IMG/VR virus record: IMGVR_UViG_3300030397_000570
Location: 1-41,440 of that record
Strand: one strand, 5' to 3'
Source of the DNA: a virus
Lineage: Duplodnaviria; Caudoviricetes
DNA length: 41,440 nt
The first letter of the stretch is position 1; each line of letters begins with the position of its first letter. Positions 25,568 through 35,139 of the stretch are shown piece after piece. The notes beneath the pieces were generated by a model. The model worked only from the letters and a program-made list of their open reading frames with translations. It had not been told where the DNA came from and ran no database searches. Both the position numbers and the translations under genes were made by a program.

Positions 25568-26542
25568 TTATGTTTTGTTTTCAAAAAGAGGTTTTAGTTT
25601 GTTGATAGATTTTACTAGATTGTTTAATTGGTGTTTTCCAAAATAGCGTATTAGATAAGCCAGATTAAGCCGCTTTTCTCTAAACAGTTCTTCTCTTATC
25701 TCTCTATATATTTGTTCTTTTATTTCTTCAGGCTGGCAATTTAAATCCAATAGCATTTTGTTTTCTTCAAACAGTTCTCTGACTTTATGTTTTATCGTTA
25801 TATATTCCCCCGAGTTCTCATCAAATACAACCTCCTCAAATTCATGTTGCATGAGGTTTTCCATTTTATACGGGTCGTAAAAAGCCTCTACGAGCTTTTT
25901 TCTAGTCAGACGAGGATAGCTCGATCGAACGTTGTCTTTTGGGTCGCCTCTGATACACTTCTCAAAGACAAACAAGTCTGCATCGTTGTTATATGCGCTC
26001 AAGTCCCTCTTAATGTTAGACTTTAAAGGGTTCATTATGTTAACGTTTGGATATCTAAGCAGTTGGATGTAGTCCTTGTCACTCGACACAATCGTTATTT
26101 CTGTGTTCGGATCATTTCCATAAACATGACATATGCCAGCTATGAAGTCATCCCCTTCGATTTCTTCAGCCTGTAAGATGTCAAGCTTCGTATACTTTTT
26201 AAGAGTCGAAGAAAGCTCAGATATCCTTGTGTCTAAAAGTTGCTTAGTTTTTCTCTCTGAAGGGCTCAATTTCTTTTTTCTGTTGGCTTTATAAATTCGA
26301 TGACCTACACTATCTTCACTTTTCGTGAAACGTAACCGCCAGTTCAGCCCGGCACTGTCAAAACACAAAATCATTCTAGCGTCCGGGTTAGATGTTTTTA
26401 GATAGCTCAGTCTGATGATGAATTGTGCCAGAGCCATGTCTATAGCGTCTTCACCTTTTGAAAACCCGCCATTAGTGTGGAATTCAATGTGAATAAGGTT
26501 GTTACAATCAAGTGCAAATATTTTTTGCATCGGAACGCTCAA
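25568..26542 (-). CDS. rnh: RNase H / 5'-3' exonuclease (T4 Rnh-like, PIN fold)
   Basis: LDCNN, CFDS..NWR, YKANR, EGDD.IA, SSDKDYIQL and IRGD.KDNV. Confidence 0.9.
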   Translation of the reverse strand: MSVPMQKIFALDCNNLIHIEFHTNGGFSKGEDAIDMALAQFIIRLSYLKTSNPDARMILCFDSAGLNWRLRFTKSEDSVGHRIYKANRKKKLSPSERKTKQLLDTRISELSSTLKKYTKLDILQAEEIEGDDFIAGICHVYGNDPNTEITIVSSDKDYIQLLRYPNVNIMNPLKSNIKRDLSAYNNDADLFVFEKCIRGDPKDNVRSSYPRLTRKKLVEAFYDPYKMENLMQHEFEEVVFDENSGEYITIKHKVRELFEENKMLLDLNCQPEEIKEQIYREIREELFREKRLNLAYLIRYFGKHQLNNLVKSINKLKPLFENKT

Positions 26543-26916
26543 TCCACAAAATCGTTTGACGTTATATCACCGCGATCAGCCATCAGAGTTGAAAAGAACG
26601 CTGAAATGATATCTTCTTCTTTATTCCCATTGAAGCCCTGTCGTCTCAGAGCTTCGATCATGGCTTTATTCCAATCGAAAGTTATCTTTACCCTGCCATC
26701 TGAATCAGGTAAACTTGCCATAAAATCAGCCCAAGGTTCATCAGATTCTTTCATAAATGCTTTGTTTTCTTGGTAGGCTTTGAATTCTTCTATGGAATCC
26801 TCTACAACACTCAAAAGCTCCTGCAATTTCTTCAAGTTTTCTTGAATCTCAGATACTTCTTTTTTCAGTTCTTTCAGTTCTTTTTCAATTTTTCTCTCTT
26901 TTCCAAATCCAAACAT
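26539..26916 (-). CDS. Hypothetical protein with N-terminal coiled coil
   Basis: 125 aa; EPW...FDWN...L...G motif; located in the replication operon. Confidence 0.75.
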   Translation of the reverse strand: MFGFGKERKIEKELKELKKEVSEIQENLKKLQELLSVVEDSIEEFKAYQENKAFMKESDEPWADFMASLPDSDGRVKITFDWNKAMIEALRRQGFNGNKEEDIISAFFSTLMADRGDITSNDFVD

Positions 26917-26934
26917 TTTATTTTTCCTCGCTCT

Positions 26935-27675
26935 TTAAACTTTTGCGGTTGGGAACACATAAACTCCTATTCCCGACACCTTTAGACACATTACGCCCAT
27001 CTTGGATATCTTTATATCAGAGTTTTCCGATGCGCATTGGCTTAGTAAGGGCATCGCAGTTTTAAACGCATAAGAAAACCCAAACACTTTTTCAGCACTA
27101 TCAGATAATGCCTCCATCGGCGAACTTAGTTCGTTCGATAACACGTCTCCTTCAACATCCGTGATTTTTATTTTCACAGTGTTTCCGTCTTCAGAATATA
27201 CTTCAAACGTATCAGCGCCCATAGCGCTAATACCTCTCTTTATAATTGAAAGTTCCTCTGGATCGATGTTAAGCTTATAGAAAATTTCATCATTAAACTT
27301 CTTAGGCCATCTACCATTGACCACAATATCCGGATTACCGCACCTGATTTCAACCTGTGTATTTCCGCCTTTGATAACAGATCTGGCTGCATATGTCTCT
27401 CCATCAGACTCTTTGACATCAACAAGAATATCATAATCGATTTTTGAAGACTCAAACATTTTTAGCCTTTTTGTGAAAGCATCGACTCGGTTGATAAAAA
27501 TTTTATCAAACTCCAAAAAATCGAAGTCGTTAGGTTCGATTACATATACTGCGGATTCTTCGTTTTTTGCTCTAATTCCAGACTTGTCTATCAGAACCGA
27601 TTCAATTTTGATTAAGCTACAATACTTTGTAGCCGCCGCTATAATTTCTTTAGTCTGTTGACACACTTTAATCAT
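26935..27675 (-). CDS. Probable DNA polymerase sliding clamp (gp45/PCNA-like)
   Basis: 246 aa acidic alpha/beta protein directly downstream of the polymerase; C-terminal I.ISKMGVM.L...G..VYV strands. Confidence 0.55.
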   Translation of the reverse strand: MIKVCQQTKEIIAAATKYCSLIKIESVLIDKSGIRAKNEESAVYVIEPNDFDFLEFDKIFINRVDAFTKRLKMFESSKIDYDILVDVKESDGETYAARSVIKGGNTQVEIRCGNPDIVVNGRWPKKFNDEIFYKLNIDPEELSIIKRGISAMGADTFEVYSEDGNTVKIKITDVEGDVLSNELSSPMEALSDSAEKVFGFSYAFKTAMPLLSQCASENSDIKISKMGVMCLKVSGIGVYVFPTAKV

Positions 27676-27730
27676 TTTTTAGTATATCCTACCTTTGTTA
27701 AGACGTACACGCATTCTATACTCTTCAAAA

Positions 27731-30349
27731 TCAAAACACAATCAACTGTTCGGCCAAAACGTTCATCTCACTCGGCACGGCCTCCCCCAAAACATCCAGA
27801 ATGTTCTTTATCGGGTTGTCCACAAGAGACTTTATTTGCCTTTCTCTGTCTATATAAGGCTCGAATTCTTTAAACCATTTTGGTAGTGAAGTCATATCAA
27901 CAGGCACAGCTATAGCATTAAAGCTACCATACTTTTTAGCCGTGTAAAAATAATACTTTTTGACCTTATCCCCAGATCTTATTTTGTAAGACTCTTTGTC
28001 ATTAAAAACATTTAAGCATTCATTATAAAATATAGAAGCTTTTGCCATGTGATAGATGTTAGCATTCGGGTCTTCTCGATATATCTGAGTAAGCTCTTCT
28101 ACGTTAGACACGCCAGAGGGTATACCGATATTCAGTAGATCCCCTTCCTTCAACTCTTGTTTGAACGCAACAATATCTTTCTTGATAGAAGACCAACTTT
28201 CCCCTTTTAGGTATCTTTCGAAAAATTTAGTTAGGGCCTTTCTTATCTGCTTCGGGATGTTTGTCTTTTTAATTTGCAGTCCCATTACCTTCATTTTATC
28301 AACAGGTTCACCATCTTTTTGAACCAGATGCAAGATATAATGCTTTTTAGCGACGAAAATGCCTCTATCAGATATAACCTCCTTTTCTGCCTGAATGTAC
28401 TTTTCCCTGCCCCCAGAACAGCCAAAAGTGGTTTTCATAAACTCGGGGAAGGACTCATTTACTTTTTGGCATACCAAATCCGATACTCTGGCAACCTGTT
28501 CGAATTCCGCCGAATCCTCTCCAAACGAGGCATTGAAATACACTGAATCAGTGTCCCCGTAAAGAACGGATCTGGAAGGGTATTTGTATTTACCGTCCAG
28601 TATTTCTGCGATTTTTTTAGCCATGTGTAATAGCACTACACGACCGGTCTTTGTTGTAGACATCGCTAGACGTTCATCATAGAACCGAAAATACTTGTTT
28701 CCAAATACCCCGTAGAGTGAATTCAACTGGAGTTTTTTGGTCTTTTGAATATTGTCATAAAGATCTGCTAGCTTTTTATATTTCTCATCCTTGGTTTCTT
28801 CATACTTTTTAAGAGCTTCAGATTTTTTCTTTTGAAATTTTATTCGGTCCTCGAACCAACTGGTCAAAATAGATGGTATAATGCCGTTATAATTCTGATC
28901 AAAAATGGTTCCATTCCCGCTAACCACCCAATTTTGTTCTCTTATCGTGTCATACCACTCCCGGGCCGTCTTTGTCACTGATTCACCGTTTTCAAAAACG
29001 GCTTCTATGAGGTCATTTGACCTTTCTAACATTTTTTCAAAGTCGATTTCGTTGTTGGAGAATTGGGCTATAATAGTTTCGGGAGAAATGTTGATAGAAC
29101 GCATGCTAGATGGATATAGCGACTTGATATCAACAGACGCTATCCAATGATGCAGGCCAGTTTGAGGCTCTAGCACGAATGCCCCGGCAAATTTTTCACC
29201 ATTTTCATCAACGTCGATAGGGCCGTCTGGCAGCACTATTCTTTTTTCTTGTTCGTGCTTACAATAGTTTAATATGGCGCTATCAGAGGTGCTAACCGTT
29301 CCAAGTACAGAATGAATGTTGTTAGCAACCGTATGAGAGAACTCAATAATCAGATCAAAATACTTAAACTTTTCGTCTAATTTGCGGAGAATCTGTGTGT
29401 CTCGAATATTATAAAATATGAACTGATCAAAGTCTTCGTGGTACAGTTCATACAATGATTTACCAAACTCCAACTTTTCAAAATCTTTCAATTCTTCTTC
29501 TGCAATCGATTCCAGAGTGTAAGAATCTCGTTTCATTGGATCAAACTTTTTAACGATGGCCATAAGGTCAACCCATACTCGTCCAATGGGCTTAACAACT
29601 AGTTCCATATCCCCATATTTTTCTCTTTTGTCAACCTTTACATCAACATCAACGTCTGGGAAATTCATTTTTTTGGTGTATTCTTTACCTAAGACTTTCA
29701 AAGTTCTAGCGTAAATATAAGGATCATCGAAAAATTCGGAGTTCCAACCGGACACGATGTCACTGTCTTCGATTTCTTCAAAAAATCGCTTCAACAGTTC
29801 TTTCTCACTACTAAGAAGCTCTATCTTACAATCATGTTTAAGTAGTTCTTCAGGTAGGTCAGTCAATTTAGCATTGGCCCATTTACCCGTTTTTGGCCGC
29901 AACGCCAAGACTATCGACTCGTTTTTATGTTTGTGGTATAAGGCTATTGAGCTAATTCGGGCATATGGGTTCTCGGGCCGGGAGAATCCGATCTTAGGAT
30001 CATAGTCAACCTCGATGTCATACACCGTGACGTTTAACTCTGCATCTACCGGCTGCTTGTAGTAGTAGTCGCTGAGAATCTTTAACTCACAAGATATATC
30101 AGACTCATAGAGTTTAATACCTTCTTCCCGTAACTGTTTTCTTACTTCATAAAAATCGAACGGATTATCAAACTCAATCTTTTCCAATCTTTTCCCATTT
30201 ACGGAAAAGAATTCTTGCTCTGACTCTTCGTTCTCAATGAAGAATTCGTATGGGGCGTCATACTGGACCGCCTTCCGGGTTCCGCCTTTAGACTTTTCCC
30301 AGACAACTACTGTTTTTTTATCTTCTGTTAGATAGGTTGAAATATACAT
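27731..30349 (-). CDS. Family B DNA polymerase (gp43-like)
   Basis: Exonuclease motifs DIE, GWNSEFFD and YNIRD; polymerase motifs DIKSLYPS, K..LNSLYG, YGDTDS and KKHY. Confidence 0.97.
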   Translation of the reverse strand: MYISTYLTEDKKTVVVWEKSKGGTRKAVQYDAPYEFFIENEESEQEFFSVNGKRLEKIEFDNPFDFYEVRKQLREEGIKLYESDISCELKILSDYYYKQPVDAELNVTVYDIEVDYDPKIGFSRPENPYARISSIALYHKHKNESIVLALRPKTGKWANAKLTDLPEELLKHDCKIELLSSEKELLKRFFEEIEDSDIVSGWNSEFFDDPYIYARTLKVLGKEYTKKMNFPDVDVDVKVDKREKYGDMELVVKPIGRVWVDLMAIVKKFDPMKRDSYTLESIAEEELKDFEKLEFGKSLYELYHEDFDQFIFYNIRDTQILRKLDEKFKYFDLIIEFSHTVANNIHSVLGTVSTSDSAILNYCKHEQEKRIVLPDGPIDVDENGEKFAGAFVLEPQTGLHHWIASVDIKSLYPSSMRSINISPETIIAQFSNNEIDFEKMLERSNDLIEAVFENGESVTKTAREWYDTIREQNWVVSGNGTIFDQNYNGIIPSILTSWFEDRIKFQKKKSEALKKYEETKDEKYKKLADLYDNIQKTKKLQLNSLYGVFGNKYFRFYDERLAMSTTKTGRVVLLHMAKKIAEILDGKYKYPSRSVLYGDTDSVYFNASFGEDSAEFEQVARVSDLVCQKVNESFPEFMKTTFGCSGGREKYIQAEKEVISDRGIFVAKKHYILHLVQKDGEPVDKMKVMGLQIKKTNIPKQIRKALTKFFERYLKGESWSSIKKDIVAFKQELKEGDLLNIGIPSGVSNVEELTQIYREDPNANIYHMAKASIFYNECLNVFNDKESYKIRSGDKVKKYYFYTAKKYGSFNAIAVPVDMTSLPKWFKEFEPYIDRERQIKSLVDNPIKNILDVLGEAVPSEMNVLAEQLIVF

Positions 30350-30408
30350 TGAAGATGAAACTTTCCAATCTCATTTAGAGCATATTAAATAGGCTTGGGG
30401 AACTTACG

Positions 30409-31032
30409 TCAAATTCCCCATTTGGTCGGATCTGTTTCGTAGTCTTCCGGGCGAAACTGAAAGCCTCCTTCGCTTCTAATTTGTAAATGGACCTGTACCA
30501 AGTTGCCTTCGTGGACAGGCCCAACACAGTAGACGAAGTTTGGGGTCGATGGGAAAATAACCATAGTCCCTCTTTGCGGTTTAAAATTTATGTCAAAATT
30601 CGGAAAGTTAAGGTTCCCGCCATATGTTTCAAAAGATGGCTCAAAATCTCCTTGGTCGTTATATGTTGTAAGCCAAAGAATACCTGTAAAATCTATCCTG
30701 TTTGAGAGCTTCCACCCTTCTTTTTTGTCATACAAATGGGAGTCAACTACAAGTTTTTTGTGATTGTATTTCCTAGGATACCATTCAAACATTAACTTAT
30801 GTGTTCCCAAATAAGTTGTTTCATAATGGGCTTCTAAATTATCTACCACCGGGTCAAACACTTGCATAATTCTTAAAGTGTTGAGTTGATTGTGAAACAC
30901 CATTTCTCTGGGAGTTCCATCTTGGCCCGTCAGCGGTCTCATTCTACCAATAGGCAGATCATCTAAAATCCTTTCACATGCCATCGGAGGCAGAAATTCT
31001 GGAATAACTAAAAAAGGAGATTTTTTATTCAT
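30409..31032 (-). CDS. 2OG-Fe(II) oxygenase-fold protein with degenerate metal ligands
   Basis: FTGILWL, YGGNLNF and KPQRGTMVIFPS motifs; expected HxD and distal His not evident. Confidence 0.7.
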   Translation of the reverse strand: MNKKSPFLVIPEFLPPMACERILDDLPIGRMRPLTGQDGTPREMVFHNQLNTLRIMQVFDPVVDNLEAHYETTYLGTHKLMFEWYPRKYNHKKLVVDSHLYDKKEGWKLSNRIDFTGILWLTTYNDQGDFEPSFETYGGNLNFPNFDINFKPQRGTMVIFPSTPNFVYCVGPVHEGNLVQVHLQIRSEGGFQFRPEDYETDPTKWGI

Positions 31033-31061
31033 ATGGTGTTAGCTGTTCAAGACGTTTTTAT

Positions 31062-31922
31062 TTATGTCTGATTTTCTTTAATGATTATACACTCTTCCGG
31101 ATAAATTTCACTTTTCTTGACCACCTTAAAAGTTTCGCAAATATACTGGCCTCCTTTTTTGTAATAAAGATCGGTTTTTACATTGCCGTCCTCGTCCTTA
31201 CATATGCCAGAATATATTGACCTATTTTTAAAAACTATATTTCCCATCGAGCAAGCAGCACCCTCTGTTTTGATTTCATCAAAATTTTCTACAACTATAA
31301 TGTTCTCTTCCCCGGATTTTATTTTTTGAAGCTGATCAAATATTTCTATAGTTTGGCTTTCATCTATTGTCTCTTGGTTATTTTCTTTTTCGATTTCTTC
31401 TGATTTTTCTTCACAACAGCGGCTTCCGCCAGAATCGACGCTTGTTAGTATTTCCGCCACAGAGTTAAACAGTTCTTCTTTTGAGTGAACTAATGGAATG
31501 TCTTTAAGATAGCATAAAACTTCTATATTTCCAACTAGCTTATGCTTTTCTGAGCAGTATACTAGTACTTGTTCGGGATTTTTAGATCCGCTTGCCATTC
31601 CAAGTTCGAGTAAGCTAATTGGTCCAGTCCGGTCTTCTGGAAGAAACACTATACATAGGTCACTACTTTCAATATGTTTGTGCTCCCAGCACACTTGAGA
31701 GAAGAACCTAGAATCAGATAGTCTAGTTACCCAACTATCATCCCATTTTTCATTGACAGGATCAATGATTATTACTTCTGTCCCCTCGTTGTCGTCCAAT
31801 GCTTTCAGGTGGTTTATTAGCTCACTTCTCCATTCAGTAACAGGGCCTGCTAAAAAAACTGAAAACGTGTTTATCTTGTTAAAAGTTTTTCGTTCAGGGG
31901 CTTTGAGTATTCTAATTTTCAT
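31062..31922 (-). CDS. Nucleoside 2-deoxyribosyltransferase-like domain fused to an unknown C-terminal domain
   Basis: VFLAG...W, P....WD, QV.WE and PISLLELG motifs. Confidence 0.75.
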   Translation of the reverse strand: MKIRILKAPERKTFNKINTFSVFLAGPVTEWRSELINHLKALDDNEGTEVIIIDPVNEKWDDSWVTRLSDSRFFSQVCWEHKHIESSDLCIVFLPEDRTGPISLLELGMASGSKNPEQVLVYCSEKHKLVGNIEVLCYLKDIPLVHSKEELFNSVAEILTSVDSGGSRCCEEKSEEIEKENNQETIDESQTIEIFDQLQKIKSGEENIIVVENFDEIKTEGAACSMGNIVFKNRSIYSGICKDEDGNVKTDLYYKKGGQYICETFKVVKKSEIYPEECIIIKENQT

Positions 31923-32275
31923 TAAAACTCTCCTCTAAGGCGTTTATTCAAAAATTGGACCATTCTGGAAGGTGCCCGTCTCTTGGCGAGTTTAGTTTTT
32001 CTGACTCTCTCCCCTTTGCGTATTCGAGACGATTTTTTACCCGCTCGAACCTGTTTAGGATCTTTTCTCATCCCACATTTTTGTGGGTTTTTGACCAGCC
32101 TACCTTTTCTGGGGCCAGTCATGCAACGATATTGGCGATCAAACTTGGTGCCGTACCGTTTAAACTGCCGAGCAACAGACCTTTTCGTCCTCCTAACAGG
32201 AATTTTTGGTACAAGAGATCCAACAGTGCTTTCAGCTAGAGTTTCAACCATTTCTAAAACTTCAACTATTCTCAT
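31922..32275 (-). CDS. Conserved basic phage protein
   Basis: Arg/Lys-rich; YRCMTGPRKGRLV..P..C motif recalled from large myoviruses. Confidence 0.75.
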   Translation of the reverse strand: MRIVEVLEMVETLAESTVGSLVPKIPVRRTKRSVARQFKRYGTKFDRQYRCMTGPRKGRLVKNPQKCGMRKDPKQVRAGKKSSRIRKGERVRKTKLAKRRAPSRMVQFLNKRLRGEF

Positions 32276-33552
32276 TTTTCTTCCCCTGCCTGATCTTTGT
32301 TTTTTCCAAAAATGCTGTTCGCTTTTTTCTTTTCTTCTTCTTTTTTCAGCTTTTCTTGTTGCTGTTTCTCTCTTTGGCGGTGAGTGACGATTCTGCGCTC
32401 GGATGCTAAAGCCTGAAGCCTGTATCTCCTCTCCACTGGATCTTCGATCTGCTGTATAGCTCTACGTTTCATCCTAAGCGTCATTTCATTGTCTAGGTCA
32501 TCCAATTCTAACAATTTGCCGTATATTGATTTTCCTTCGGCGACGCTTCTTAACTTGTATCTTGCCAGATCCGCTAACTTTTTAGCCTCCCTTTCTTTCG
32601 CCTTCTGTTCTTCTAACTCTTTTTCCAATCTGGCCAATTCAGTTTGTTTTGCCATTTCTTCTTTTGCAGCTATAGCTGAATACTCGGCCTGCAACGCTCT
32701 AGACTTTTCTGCCTCAGCTTCAGCTTTGGCAATTTCTGCTTCCGCCTGTTTAATCATCATCTGAAGAAGACTTTTTAACATTGTTTTCTCGTCTTCTTCA
32801 TCTTCTTCGGCCTCGTCCATGTCAACCCCTATATCTTCTTCAGGTTCTTCTTCAGGCTTTTCTTCATCGCCTTCAGGTTCCTTAGAGGGATTTTCTTCTT
32901 TGCCGTTTTGAGGAAACTCATCTTCACTGTCGTCGTCCTCGAAGTTGCTAGAAAAGTCCGTTTTTTCTTCGTCATCTTCGTTGTCTGCTTCTTCGATTCT
33001 GGCTTGTGGTATTACATAAATTTTGTTCTCTGGAATTCGTGGAAATTGGACATCTATTATGTCAAATTGCTGTTTCAGATCATACAATATTTCTGCTATA
33101 CTTTTAGCATATCCTCTACCAGTCATTTTATATTCTTCAACATCGGCCATATGTTCAGACAGTGCCGCTTCAAATTTTTCGGCTTGATCCTTTCTAACCG
33201 TTATTTTCATCAGATTACCATCATCGTCTTCAACTGCATAAGATACCGAATTTGTTCCTACTCGGTTCTGGTTTCTTATACCTGTGAGTTTGGAATGTAC
33301 TTGGCTAAGGTTAAAAGTGTTTTCTTCCTTGAGATAGCTTTTACGTTTTTTCTTTTTGTCTTTGCCTTTAGGCTTTTTGACTTTTTTTCCACCGTCTTCT
33401 TTTTTGTTTAGATAGTCTCCAACGAAGTCTAGAAAAGATATTTCTCGTCTCTGCATAGGTATTCCAGTTGGAGAATCCATTCGGACAGCTATTCCGTGTG
33501 CTCCAATGGCCCCAGCCGGTGCAGTTTCAGTTAGTTCTTTATTTTTTTTCAT
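32272..33552 (-). CDS. Acidic coiled-coil protein, possible internal head/scaffold-type protein
   Basis: 426 aa; D/E-rich centre, coiled-coil C-terminus; ATAAATA at 33582-33588. Confidence 0.6.
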   Translation of the reverse strand: MKKNKELTETAPAGAIGAHGIAVRMDSPTGIPMQRREISFLDFVGDYLNKKEDGGKKVKKPKGKDKKKKRKSYLKEENTFNLSQVHSKLTGIRNQNRVGTNSVSYAVEDDDGNLMKITVRKDQAEKFEAALSEHMADVEEYKMTGRGYAKSIAEILYDLKQQFDIIDVQFPRIPENKIYVIPQARIEEADNEDDEEKTDFSSNFEDDDSEDEFPQNGKEENPSKEPEGDEEKPEEEPEEDIGVDMDEAEEDEEDEKTMLKSLLQMMIKQAEAEIAKAEAEAEKSRALQAEYSAIAAKEEMAKQTELARLEKELEEQKAKEREAKKLADLARYKLRSVAEGKSIYGKLLELDDLDNEMTLRMKRRAIQQIEDPVERRYRLQALASERRIVTHRQREKQQQEKLKKEEEKKKANSIFGKNKDQAGEEK

Positions 33553-33603
33553 GGAAGCGTAATATATTCTTGGTCTTTATGTATTTATTGAAAATAGAAA
33601 AAG

Positions 33604-34071
33604 TCAAACAAATTGTTCGTCTTCTGTCAATATTCTAAATCGGATATTCCTTTCTTTACACCACCTCTCCGCTGCTTCCCACTTTAGCTTGTTGACAAAG
33701 TAGGTGTAGTCTTCTTGGATTCTTCTTTGTGGTTTTCTAGCTCTAGATCTGCGAGTTTGTTTTTTGGGCTTAATTTCTATTAGCTCTCGGCGTATATTGT
33801 TGTTACTGTCAACAACCACGACAAATAAATCCGGTATATATATCGAATTTCTAACTGTTCCAGTTCTTGGACAAGGTTTTTGGTATGGTATAGCAATTTC
33901 TTCAGACGCCCAATATAACACATGCGGGTTAAGGTCACAAAATCTGAATGCCTGTTCCTCCCAAGATGACCTAAATACGATATCATTCGGGTTACCTAAA
34001 TATTTTTCTGGATGTTTGGGGGTATATTTCCCAGAAACCCATCCTCTAGAGGACGGTTTATGTTTTGTCAT
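33604..34071 (-). CDS. Head completion nuclease (T4 gp4 / TnsA-N-like)
   Basis: P.HPEKYLG, FRSSWE, WASE...IPY, YIPD, IEIKP.KQ, KWEAA and F.ILTE. Confidence 0.92.
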   Translation of the reverse strand: MTKHKPSSRGWVSGKYTPKHPEKYLGNPNDIVFRSSWEEQAFRFCDLNPHVLYWASEEIAIPYQKPCPRTGTVRNSIYIPDLFVVVVDSNNNIRRELIEIKPKKQTRRSRARKPQRRIQEDYTYFVNKLKWEAAERWCKERNIRFRILTEDEQFV

Positions 34072-34348
34072 CTTCCTTGATTATTCCGAGTACGTCGGAA
34101 AACTTTAACATGATAAGTTTTCGATCATCATGGTCTATCAAAAGACCTGTTCCGTTAGGGAAAAATACTTTATCTCCTTCTTTTAATGGAATCTCTTCCC
34201 GTACTCCCTTGTGGTTAATCCACCCACTTCCAACGCTCCTAACCGTACCTACTTTTCCGCTAGACTTCGATCCTATGACGATCAGACCGTGACGGTTTGA
34301 TTCTTCTTCTACTTCGACGAACACTTCATCTCTTAAAGCTTTTAACAT
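34058..34348 (-). CDS. groES: GroES-like co-chaperonin
   Basis: L.D.V.V, G.V.SVG.G, LKEGDKV.F and SDVLGI. Confidence 0.9.
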   Translation of the reverse strand: MLKALRDEVFVEVEEESNRHGLIVIGSKSSGKVGTVRSVGSGWINHKGVREEIPLKEGDKVFFPNGTGLLIDHDDRKLIMLKFSDVLGIIKEDDKT

Positions 34349-34380
34349 ATCTTATTCTCCTTTGTACTAAAGCGCCTAGC

Positions 34381-34388
34381 TATTTATA
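34381..34388 (-). promoter_or_regulatory. Late promoter TATAAATA
   Basis: TATTTATA upstream of groES. Confidence 0.8.
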
Positions 34389-34397
34389 GGCTAAAAA

Positions 34398-35030
34398 TCA
34401 AACGTGATCTACCCTATAACCATCGTATACAAAAGTTATATTTAAGAAAGCTGGATCAGATGCCGCCATGTCTAATTCATCGGCAATGATGTTTGTTATC
34501 TTTGGATTGAAAAACTGGTACTGCGTCTTTTTCTTTCCTCCTTGAGCAACATGCAGTAGTGTCATTTTTTTGATTATACCAAGTTCACTGCCTTCCTCCA
34601 ATGCTTGTACTGTAGTTAATTCTCTAACTAGGTCGGCGTCGGGCGCATCTGCCAATGGAGAAACTGCCTTCATATATGCGTCTACAACACTGTGACTTCG
34701 TTGGCTGGAATCGTCATATAAAGTAAGGTTGAATGTGGTAAAATCGGTCCGTGTAGCAACCTTTGTCCTAAACCCGTAATAATTGACATCATAATAGTTT
34801 ATTACTGGCGAAATTCTGCCAGCCGACTTCACTGCTAGATAGTTGGTTTCTAGGCTTAGTCCACCCAACGACTCCCTTTGGGGAGAATTTGACCTGAACT
34901 CGAACTTAACAAAAAAGTTAAATTTGAGCTTAGGCGATTCTGAAGAAGCAAACCGGTCTTTTATATCTGGAACAATTTTAGTCCCATGATATAATACTGT
35001 ACCCAAACCAGTCCCTTTTTTGGAGTCCAT
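34398..35030 (-). CDS. Tail tube-fold protein (gp19/gp54-like)
   Basis: PKLKFNF.V.F, VKS..R, VN.Y, LT.YDD and ITF.YD motifs; adjacent to the tube gene; ATAAATA at 35057-35063. Confidence 0.75.
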   Translation of the reverse strand: MDSKKGTGLGTVLYHGTKIVPDIKDRFASSESPKLKFNFFVKFEFRSNSPQRESLGGLSLETNYLAVKSAGRISPVINYYDVNYYGFRTKVATRTDFTTFNLTLYDDSSQRSHSVVDAYMKAVSPLADAPDADLVRELTTVQALEEGSELGIIKKMTLLHVAQGGKKKTQYQFFNPKITNIIADELDMAASDPAFLNITFVYDGYRVDHV

Positions 35031-35082
35031 ATACTAACCTCTCTAGTTGCAATAGATATTTATGAATTTGAACATTAAACAG

Positions 35083-35108
35083 AAAAGGCCCATATAAATA
35101 TGGGCCTT
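35083..35108 (-). terminator. Intrinsic terminator after the tail tube gene
   Basis: AAGGCCCATAT-AA-ATATGGGCCTT, followed by a T-run on the minus strand. Confidence 0.75.
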
Positions 35109-35139
35109 CGTTTCTATTGTCACATTACATAAAGCGGAC

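Noticed and set aside
11416-30349. Introns, inteins or homing endonucleases in nrdA, nrdB, thyA or the polymerase
   Set aside because: All four are uninterrupted, of ordinary length, and show no splice motifs
17833-31922. DNA hypermodification pathway (ThyA homologue, oxygenase, glycosyltransferases)
   Set aside because: ThyA keeps the canonical dUMP-specific Asn (GVPYN), the oxygenase looks inactive, and the GTs follow late promoters; disfavoured but not excluded
33604-34071. Tn7 TnsA transposase
   Set aside because: Motifs and context match the T4 gp4 head-completion protein; no tnsB/tnsC
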